Notes under the pieces: generated by a model | Seen by the model: only the letters and a program-made list of their open reading frames with translations | Databases searched by the model: none | Told to the model about the DNA's origin: nothing | Translations under genes and position numbers: made by a program | Part shown: positions 1 to 11,534 of the stretch, in pieces | Layout of the letters: each line of letters starts with the position of its first letter | How positions within the stretch are numbered: position 1 is the stretch's first letter | Assembly: GCF_009914755.1 (NCBI RefSeq) | Contig: NC_060948.1 | Source of the DNA: the human T2T-CHM13v2.0 reference genome, Homo sapiens | Reading direction: 5' to 3' (one strand) | DNA length: 64,000 nucleotides

Positions 1-11
1 GGGCACCCACA

Positions 12-1566
12 AACATACGTATACATTATGTATATAATAATATACAGTATCATATATATAATATATGTAACCTATGTATAATATTGTTTTACATCCTGCA
101 TCCTATGTTATATATATTGTATAAAATATAATAATTGATAATATATAAGTTTTATAATTATACAATATGACATATAGTATATATTATAATTTATGACATA
201 TATAATATATGTTATATATCATATATAGAATATATTATACGGTTAATATACGTATTAAATATAAATTATACATTATATATATTATATATAATATATCTGT
301 TATATATAATACCCATTATGCATAATATATATATTATGTCTATGTTATATATAGTATAAAACAACATATAATAATATATAATTGTATATATAAAATGCGA
401 CATAGAATATATATTATATTTTATAACATATGTAATATATATTATATATAATACGTTGTATGTATAATACCTATATTAAATATATATTATATGACTATGT
501 TATTAATTACATGTCACATGTGTTATATATTATATATTTTACATAGAATATACCGGTTACATACAATATATACTATGTTACCTATAACGTATAATTTATT
601 ACATGTAAAATAAAGAATGCAATATATTATGTAAAATTTATAATATACAATATGTGGAATGTGATATATATAACATATAATATATGATATATGATATACA
701 GTATATGATATATAACATACAATATATGATTCCTAATATATATAATATACAATATATATTTTATGATATGTATTCTATATGTTTTATATTCTGTTATATT
801 TAACTATTTGAAATTATATATAACTGTATAATATTTTATGTAAATATGTAATATAATATATATAACTATATAATATATTATATATATCTATATATTATGT
901 TATATATACTTTTATAACATAATTTACATAAAATATCATAATATAATATATATTATATTATTTCATATTACATAATATATATTACATATCACCCAATATA
1001 ACTAACATACATAATATTATAATATAGATTATATTATGTTATATTAAATATCATATATATCATGTATCATATATTCTATAATATATATTACACATTATAT
1101 AATATGTATGTTGTCTATTATGTGATATATATAACTATATATATAATTATATTTTTATACATATAACTAGATAAACATGTAATTCTACATATTTTCATTT
1201 ATAATATGTAGAATTATATAATCATATATTATTATTTATATTCTATAAAAAATTTTATCATTATATAAATTATAATATATAAAAATTATAATATATACTA
1301 CAAATATATATATTATATATCATATATGATATAGTACCTTTGTTATATATCATAATACATATAAATGTGTATTATGTTATCTATAATTATATGATTTCAT
1401 ATATAAGATGTATAATATGTATCATATATTATATATGTTATGTAATATATATAGTATATATAAGATGACACAGGATAAATATTATATACTATGACATATA
1501 AAATATATGAGGTTATATGTTACATATAAGGCATAGCACATAACATGTAATATATATCATATATTA
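12..1566. repeat. AT-rich low-complexity segment of the unit (representative copy; present in every unit)
   Basis: Degenerate (TA)n/TATAT/ATATA(A) sequence with sparse G/C. Local sub-periodicities include TATATGA-like 7-mers at ~681-730 and TATATAACTATATA-like repeats at ~855-900. Confidence 0.95.
1180..1216. repeat. Perfect 14-bp inverted repeat with 9-nt spacer (representative copy)
   Basis: TAATTCTACATATT (1180-1193) / TTCATTTAT / AATATGTAGAATTA (1203-1216); the arms are exact reverse complements. Confidence 0.9.
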
Positions 1567-1858
1567 TTTTTTTTTAGACAGAATCTTGTCCTGTTGCACA
1601 GGGTGGGGTACAATGGAGCCATCTTTGCTCACTGCAACTTCTGCCTCACGGGTCCAAGCGATTGTCCTCCCTCAGCCTCCCAGGTAGCTGGGACTACACC
1701 ACACTGGGACTACACCAGCTGCCACCATGCCTAGCTAATTTTTTGGATTTTTAGTAGTGACAGCGTTTCACTGTATTGGCCAGGATGGTCTTGATCTCTT
1801 CACCTTGTGATCCCCTTGCCTTGGCCTCCAAATTTGCTGGGATTACAGGCCTGAGCCA
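1567..1858 (-). mobile_element. Diverged Alu SINE, unit 1 (about 12 nt missing at 5' end, 16-bp internal duplication)
   Basis: Antisense Alu landmarks: T-run, GCTCACTGCAAC, CCTCAGCCTCCC..GTAGCTGGGACTACA, GCTAATTTTTTG.ATTTTTAGTAG, GGCCAGGATGGTCT.GATCTC, GCCTTGGCCTCC, GCTGGGATTACAGGC.TGAGCCA. Amplified passively as part of the satellite. Confidence 0.95.
1688..1717 (+). repeat. 16-bp-period tandem duplication inside the Alu (representative copy)
   Basis: CTGGGACTACACCA at 1688-1701 and 1704-1717; the Alu consensus carries this motif once. Confidence 0.9.
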
Positions 1859-2413
1859 AGATCCATATTTTTTAAATGAAAAAAAATTTCAAAGGTACTC
1901 TGCTTGGTACAATAATCAAATGTATAAACTGAGGAATAAAACATAACCATGAAACCTACTTATAACTGCATATGGAAAATACAGAGGATAATTTTTTAAA
2001 TAACATATTTTGAAAGCCTTAACTAGTAATTTGAAGAGTTGGCATTTGAAAGGCCAGTATGAATATACCTTCAAAGCAGCAACACAGGTTCCCCATGAGA
2101 AAAAGCAAACACAGGGAAAATAAAAACACAAAGGTTCAATCTCTTCTGACCTTTGAAAGACACAGCACAGACAGTGGTCCTTAGGACGAAGAGCAGGAGA
2201 CCCCTAATTCCGTCACCATGGCGATAGGGCATAAACATTGCTGGGTGAGGGCACAATCCACATTGTGAGGTCCAACTGCTGCCAGGAAGACAGGAGTGCT
2301 TTTACATAGACCGAAAGGTCATTGAAGGCTCAGAGTTTTGTTTCAAGAACTGAATCCCAAGCCCACACGTTATTAGGCTGCGCTTCTTAAAACAAGTTAT
2401 GAGATGGGAAAAA
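1859..2413. repeat. Higher-complexity non-Alu segment of the unit (HSATI-type portion; representative copy)
   Basis: ~555 bp of mixed-composition sequence between the Alu 5' end and the next AT-rich block, nearly invariant in all 26 copies. The HSATI name comes from prior knowledge of DYZ2 composition; boundaries are approximate. Confidence 0.75.
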
Positions 2414-3986
2414 GGGCACCCACAAACATACGTATACATTATGTATATAATAATATACAGTATCATATATATAATATATATATCCTATGTATAATATTGT
2501 TTTACATCCTGCATCTTATGTTATATATATTGTATAAAATATAATAATTGATAATATATAAGTTTTATAATTATACAATATGACATATAGTATATATTAT
2601 AATTTATGACATATATAATATATGTTATATATCATATATAGAATATATTATACGGTTAATATACGTATTAAATATAAATTATACATTATATATATTACAT
2701 ATAATATATCTGTTATATATAATACCCATTATGCATAATATATATATTATGTCTATGTTATATATAGTACAAAACAACATATAATAATATATAATTGTAT
2801 ATATAAAATGCGACATAAAATATATATTATATTTTATAACATATGTAATATATATTATATATTATATATAATACGTTGTATGTATAATACCTATATTAAA
2901 TATATATTATATGACTATGTTATTAATTACATGTCACATGTGTTATATATTATATATTTTACATAGAATATACCGGTTACATACAATATATACTATGACA
3001 CCTATAATGTATAATTTATTACATGTAAAATAAAGAATGCAATATATTATGTATAATTTATAATATACAATATGTGGAATGTGATATATATAACATATAA
3101 TATATGATATATGATATACAGTATATGATATATGACATACAATATATGATTCCTAATATATATGGTATACAATACATATTTTATGATATGTATTCTATAT
3201 GTTTTATATTCTGTTACATATAACTATTGGAAATTATATATAACTGTATAATATTTTATGTAAATATGTAATATAATATATATAACTATATAATATATTA
3301 TATATAACTATATATTATGTTATATATACTTTTATAACATAATTTACATAAAATAGCATAATATAATATATATTATATTATTTCATATTACATAATATAT
3401 ATTACATATCAACCAATATAACTAACATACATAATATTATAATATAGATTATATTATGTTATATTAAATATCATATATGTCATGTATCATATATTCTATA
3501 ATATATATTACACATTATATAATATGTATGTTGTCTATTATGTGATATATATAACTATATATATAATTATATTTTTATACATATAACTAGATAAACATGT
3601 AATTCTACATATTTTCATTTATAATATGTAGAATTATATAATCATATATAATTATTTATATTCTATAAAAAATTTTATCATTATATAAATTATAATATAT
3701 AAAAATTATAATATGTACTACAAATATATATATTATATATCATATATGATATAGTACCTTTGTTATATATCATAATACATATAAATGTGTATTATGTTAT
3801 CTATAATTATATAATTTCATATATAAGATGTATAATATGTATCATATATTATATATGTTATGTAATATATATAGTATATATAAGATGACACAGGATAAAT
3901 ATTATATACTATGACATATAAAATATATGAGGTTATATGTTACATATAAGGCATAGCACATAACATGTAATATATATCATATATAA

Positions 3987-4278
3987 TTGTTTTTTAGACA
4001 GAATCTTGTCCTGTTGCACAGGGTGCGGTACAATGGCGCCATCTTTGCTCACTGCAACTTCTGCCTCACGGGTCCAAGCGATTGTCCTCCCTCAGCCTCC
4101 CAGGTAGCTGGGACTACACCACACTGGGACTACACCAGCTGCCACCATGCCTAGCTAATTTTTTGGATTTTTAGTAGTGACAGCGTTTCACTGTATTGGC
4201 CAGGATGGTCTTGATCTCTTCACCTTGTGATCCCCTTGCCTTGGCCTCCAAATTTGCTGGGATTACAGGCCTGAGCCA
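3987..4278 (-). mobile_element. Diverged Alu, unit 2
   Basis: Copy of unit-1 Alu; GGGTGCGG and ATTGTTTTTT variants. Confidence 0.93.
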
Positions 4279-6406
4279 AGATCCATATTTTTTAAATGAA
4301 AAAAAATTTCAAAGGTACTCTGCTTGGTACAATAATCAAATGTATAAACTGAGGAATAAAACATAACCATGAAACCTACTTATAACTGCATATGGAAAAT
4401 ACAGAGGATAATTTTTTAAATAACATATTTTGAAAGCCTTAACTAGTAATTTGAAGAGTTGGCATTTGAAAGGCCAGTATGAATATACCTTCAAAGCAGC
4501 AACACAGGTTCCCCATGAGAAAAAGCAAACACAGGGAAAATAAAAACACAAAGGTTCAATCTCTTCTGACCTTTGAAAGACACAGCACAGACAGTGGTCC
4601 TTAGGACGAAGAGCAGGAGACCCCTAATTCCGTCACCATGGCGATAGGGCATAAACATTGCTGGGTGAGGGCACAATCCACATTGTGAGGTCCAACTGCT
4701 GCCAGGAAGACAGGAGTGCTTTTACATAGACCGAAAGGTCATTGAAGGCTCAGAGTTTTGTTTGAAGAACTGAATCCCAAGCCCACACGTTATTAGGCTG
4801 CGCTTCTTAAAACAAGTTATGAGATGGGAAAAAGGGCACCCACAAACATACGTATACATTATGTATATAATAATATACAGTATCATATATATAATATATA
4901 TAACCTATGTATAATATTGTTTTACATCCTGCATCTTATGTTATATATATTGTATAAAATATAATAATTGATAATATATAAGTTTTATAATTATACAATA
5001 TGACATATAGTATATATTATAATTTATGACATATATAATATATGTTATATATCATATATAGAATATATTATACGGTTAATATACGTATTAAATATAAATT
5101 ATACATTATATATATTACATATAATATATCTGTTATATATAATACCCATTATGCATAATATATATATTATGTCTATGTTATATATAGTACAAAACAACAT
5201 ATAATAATATATAATTGTATATATAAAATGCGACATAAAATATATATTATATTTTATAACATATGTAATATATATTATATATTATATATAATACGTTGTA
5301 TGTATAATACCTATATTATATATATATTATATGACTATGTTATTAATTACATGTCACATGTGTTATATATTATATATTTTACATAGAATATACCGGTTAC
5401 ATACAATATATACTATGACACCTATAATGTATAATTTATTACATGTAAAATAAAGAATGCAATATATTATGTATAATTTATAATATACAATATGTGGAAT
5501 GTGATATATATAACATATAATATATGATATATGATATACAGTATATGATATATGACATACAATATATGATTCCTAATATATATGGTATACAATACATATT
5601 TTATGATATGTATTCTATATGTTTTATATTCTGTTACATATAACTATTGGAAATTATATATAACTGTATAATATTTTATGTAAATATGTAATATAATATA
5701 TATAACTATATAATATATTATATATAACTATATATTATGTTATATATACTTTTATAACATAATTTACATAAAATAGCATAATATAATATATATTATATTA
5801 TTTCATATTACATAATATATATTACATATCAACCAATATAACTAACATACATAATATTATAATATAGATTATATTATGTTATATTAAATATCATATATGT
5901 CATGTATCATATATTCTATAATATATATTACACATTATATAATATGTATGTTGTCTATTATGTGATATATATAACTATATATATAATTATATTTTTATAC
6001 ATATAACTAGATAAACATGTAATTCTACATATTTTCATTTATAATATGTAGAATTATATAATCATATATAATTATTTATATTCTATAAAAAATTTTATCA
6101 TTATATAAATTATAATATATAAAAATTATAATATGTACTACAAATATATATATTATATATCATATATGATATAGTACCTTTGTTATATATCATAATACAT
6201 ATAAATGTGTATTATGTTATCTATAATTATATAATTTCATATATAAGATGTATAATATGTATCATATATTATATATGTTATGTAATATATATAGTATATA
6301 TAAGATGACACAGGATAAATATTATATACTATGACATATAAAATATATGAGGTTATATGTTACATATAAGGCATAGCACATAACATGTAATATATATCAT
6401 ATATAA

Positions 6407-6698
6407 TTGTTTTTTAGACAGAATCTTGTCCTGTTGCACAGGGTGCGGTACAATGGCGCCATCTTTGCTCACTGCAACTTCTGCCTCACGGGTCCAAGCG
6501 ATTGTCCTCCCTCAGCCTCCCAGGTAGCTGGGACTACACCACACTGGGACTACACCAGCTGCCACCATGCCTAGCTAATTTTTTGGATTTTTAGTAGTGA
6601 CAGCGTTTCACTGTATTGGCCAGGATGGTCTTGATCTCTTCACCTTGTGATCCCCTTGCCTTGGCCTCCAAATTTGCTGGGATTACAGGCCTGAGCCA
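6407..6698 (-). mobile_element. Diverged Alu, unit 3
   Basis: Same variants as unit 2. Confidence 0.93.
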
Positions 6699-8825
6699 AG
6701 ATCCATATTTTTTAAATGAAAAAAAATTTCAAAGGTACTCTGCTTGGTACAATAATCAAATGTATAAACTGAGGAATAAAACATAACCATGAAACCTACT
6801 TATAACTGCATATGGAAAATACAGAGGATAATTTTTTAAATAACATATTTTGAAAGCCTTAACTAGTAATTTGAAGAGTTGGCATTTGAAAGGCCAGTAT
6901 GAATATACCTTCAAACAGCAACACAGGTTCCCCATGAGAAAAAGCAAACACAGGGAAAATAAAAACACAAAGGTTCAATCTCTTCTGACCTTTGAAAGAC
7001 ACAGCACAGACAGTGGTCCTTAGGACGAAGAGCAGGAGACCCCTAATTCCGTCACCATGGCGATAGGGCATAAACATTGCTGGGTGAGGGCACAATCCAC
7101 ATTGTGAGGTCCAACTGCTGCCAGGAAGACAGGAGTGCTTTTACATAGACCGAAAGGTCATTGAAGGCTCAGAGTTTTGTTTCAAGAACTGAATCCCAAG
7201 CCCACACGTTATTAGGCTGCGCTTCTTAAAACAAGTTATGAGATGGGAAAAAGGGCACCCACAAACATACGTATACATTATGTATATAATAATATACAGT
7301 ATCATATATATAATATATATATCCTATGTATAATATTGTTTTACATCCTGCATCTTATGTTATATATATTGTATAAAATATAATAATTGATAATATATAA
7401 GTTTTATAATTATACAATATGACATATAGTATATATTATAATTTATGACATATATAATATATGTTATATATCATATATAGAATATATTATACGGTTAATA
7501 TACGTATTAAATATAAATTATACATTATATATATTACATATAATATATCTGTTATATATAATACCCATTATGCATAATATATATATTATGTCTATGTTAT
7601 ATATAGTATAAAACAACATATAATAATATATAATTGTATATATAAAATGCGACATAAAATATATATTATATTTTATAACATATGTAATATATATTATATA
7701 TTATATATAATACGTTGTATGTATAATACCTATATTAAATATACATTATATGACTATGTTATTAATTACATGTCACATGTGTTATATATTATATATTTTA
7801 CATAGAATATACCGGTTACATAAAATATATACTATGACACCTATAATGTATAATTTATTACATGTAAAATAAAGAATGCAATATATTATGTATAATTTAT
7901 AATATACAATATGTGGAATGTGATATATATAACATATAATATATGATATATGATATACAGTATATGATATATGACATACAATATATGATTCCTAATATAT
8001 ATGGTATACAATACATATTTTATGATATGTATTCTATATGTTTTATATTCTGTTACATATAACTATTGGAAATTATATATAACTGTATAATATTTTATGT
8101 AAATATGTAATATAATATATATAACTATATAATATATTATATATAAATATATATTATGTTATATATACTTTTATAACATAATTTACATAAAATAGCATAA
8201 TATAATATATATTATATTATTTCATATTACATAATATATATTACATATCAACCAATATAACTAACATACATAATATTATAATATAGATTATATTATGTTA
8301 TATTAAATATCATATATGTCATGTATCATATATTCTATAATATATATTACACATTATATAATATGTATGTTGTCTATTATGTGATATATATAACTATATA
8401 TATAATTATATTTTTATACATATAACTAGATAAACATGTAATTCTACATATTTTCATTTATATTATGTAGAATTATATAATCATATATAATTATTTATAT
8501 TCTATAAAAAATTTTATCATTATATAAATTATAATATATAAAAATTATAATATGTACTACAAATATATATATTATATATCATATATGATATAGTACCTTT
8601 GTTATATATCATAATACATATAAATGTGTATTATGTTATCTATAATTATATAATTTCATATATAAGATGTATAATATTTATCATATATTATATATGTTAT
8701 GTAATATATATAGTATATATAAGATGACACAGGATAAATATTATATACTATGACATATAAAATATATGAGGTTATATGTTACATATAAGGCATAGCACAT
8801 AACATGTAATATATATCATATATAA

Positions 8826-9117
8826 TTGTTTTTTAGACAGAATCTTGTCCTGTTGCACAGGGTGCGGTACAATGGCGCCATCTTTGCTCACTGCAACTTC
8901 TGCCTCACGGGTCCAAGCGATTGTCCTCCCTCAGCCTCCCAGGTAGCTGGGACTACACCACACTGGGACTACACCAGCTGCCACCATGCCTAGCTAATTT
9001 TTTGGATTTTTAGTAGTGACAGCGTTTCACTGTATTGGCCAGGATGGTCTTGATCTCTTCACCTTGTGATCCCCTTGCCTTGGCCTCCAAATTTGCTGGG
9101 ATTACAGGCCTGAGCCA
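8826..9117 (-). mobile_element. Diverged Alu, unit 4
   Basis: Same variants as unit 2. Confidence 0.93.
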
Positions 9118-11219
9118 AGATCCATATTTTTTAAATGAAAAAAAATTTCAAAGGTACTCTGCTTGGTACAATAATCAAATGTATAAACTGAGGAATAAAA
9201 CATAACCATGAAACCTACTTATAACTGCATATGGAAAATACAGAGGATAATTTTTTAAATAACATATTTTGAAAGCCTTAACTAGTAATTTGAAGAGTTG
9301 GCATTTGAAAGGCCAGTATGAATATACCTTCAAAGCAGCAACACAGGTTCCCCATGAGAAAAAGCAAACACAGGGAAAATAAAAACACAAAGGTTCAATC
9401 TCTTCTGACCTTTGAAAGACACAGCACAGACAGTGGTCCTTAGGACAAAGAGCAGGAGACCCCTAATTCCGTCACCATGGCGATAGGGCATAAACATTGC
9501 TGGGTGAGGGCACAATCCACATTGTGAGGTCCAACTGCTGCCAGGAAGACAGGAGTGCTTTTACATAGACCGAAAGGTCATTGAAGGCTCAGAGTTTTGT
9601 TTCAAGAACTGAATCCCAAGCCCACACGTTATTAGGCTGCGCTTCTTAAAACAAGTTATGAGATGGGAAAAAGGGCACCCACAAACATACGTATACATTA
9701 TGTATATAATAATAAACAGTATCATATATATAATATATATAACCTATGTATAATATTGTTTTACATCCTGCATCTTATGTTATATATATTGTATAAAATA
9801 TACTAATTGATAGTATATAAGTTTTATGATTATACAATATGACATATAGTATATATTATAATTTATGACATATATAATATATGTTATATATCATATATAG
9901 AATATATTATACGGTTAATATACGTATTAAATATAAATTATACATTATATATATTATATATAATATATCTGTTATATATAATACCCATTATGCATAATAT
10001 ATATATTATGTCTATGTTATATATAGTATAAAACAACATATAATAATATATAATTGTATATATAAAATGCGACATATATATATTATATTTTATAACATAT
10101 GAAATATATATTATATATTATATATAATACGTTGTATGTATAATACCTATATTAAATATATATTATATGACTATGTTATTGATTACATGTCACATGTGTT
10201 ATATATTATATATTTTACATAGAATATACCGGTTACATACAATATATACCATGTTACCTATAATGTATAATTTATTACATGTAAAATAAAGAATGCAATA
10301 TATTATGTATAATTTATAATATACAATATGTGGAATGTGATATATATCACATATAATATATGATATATGATATACAGTATATGATATATAACATACAATA
10401 TATGATTCCTAATATATATGGTATACAATATATATTTTATGATATGTATTCTATATGTTTTATATTCTGTTATATATAACTATTTGAAATTATATATAAC
10501 TGTATAATATTTTATGTAAATATGTAATATAATATATATAACTATATAATATATTATATATAACTATATATTATGTTATATATACTTTTATAACATAATT
10601 TACATAAAATATCATAATATAATATATATTATATTATTTCATATTACATAATATATATTACATATCACCCAATATAGCTAACATACATAATATTATAATA
10701 TAGATTATATTGTTTTATATTAAATATCATATATATCATGTATCATATATTCTATAATATATATTACACATTATATAATATGTATGTTGTCTATTATGTG
10801 ATATATATAACTATATATATAATTATATTTTTATACATATAACTAGATAAACATGTAATTCTACATATTTTCATTTATAATATGTAGAATTATATAATCA
10901 TATATAATTATTTATATTCTATAAAAAATTTTATCATTATATAAATTATAATATATAAAAATTATAATATGTACTAGAAATATATATATTATATATCATA
11001 TATGATATAGTACCTTTGTTATATTTCATAATACATATAAATGTGTATTATGTTATCTATAATTATATAATTTCATATATAAGATGTATAATATGTATCA
11101 TATATTATAGATGTTATGTAATATATATAGTATATATAAGATGACACAGGATAAATATTATATACTATGACATATAAAATATATGAGGTTATATGCTACA
11201 TATAAGGCATAGCACATAA

Positions 11220-11534
<315 letters not shown>

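Noticed and set aside
1181-1215. AATTCTAC...GTAGA resembles a Cas12a direct-repeat stem
   Set aside because: Primate satellite context, 2.4-kb spacing, no spacers and no cas genes; the resemblance is coincidental.
12-1566. Many TATA-box and AATAAA-like motifs; superficial similarity to AT-rich organellar or protist DNA
   Set aside because: Expected by chance at this composition, and the Alu establishes primate nuclear origin.
1893-1965. Hammerhead-like words CTGAGGA (1929-1935) ... GAAAC (1951-1955) with upstream GGTA
   Set aside because: Some satellites do encode hammerhead ribozymes, but here stem II has only ~2 bp and no stem I can be formed. An Infernal/RNAMotif search would be the formal test.
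1916-2256. Recurrent 71-aa and 61-aa minus-strand ORFs in nearly every unit
   Set aside because: They are short, overlap each other, resemble no recognisable domain, and recur only because the DNA is repeated. They are freely broken by frameshifts or stops (units 3, 6, 18).
2211-2268. Kozak-like GTCACCATGG on the plus strand (GCCATGG on the minus), and GCCACCATG in the Alu
   Set aside because: The plus-strand site opens only a 16-codon frame (MAIGHKHCWVRAQSTL). The Alu instance is an ordinary CpG-decay product. There is no promoter or exon evidence.
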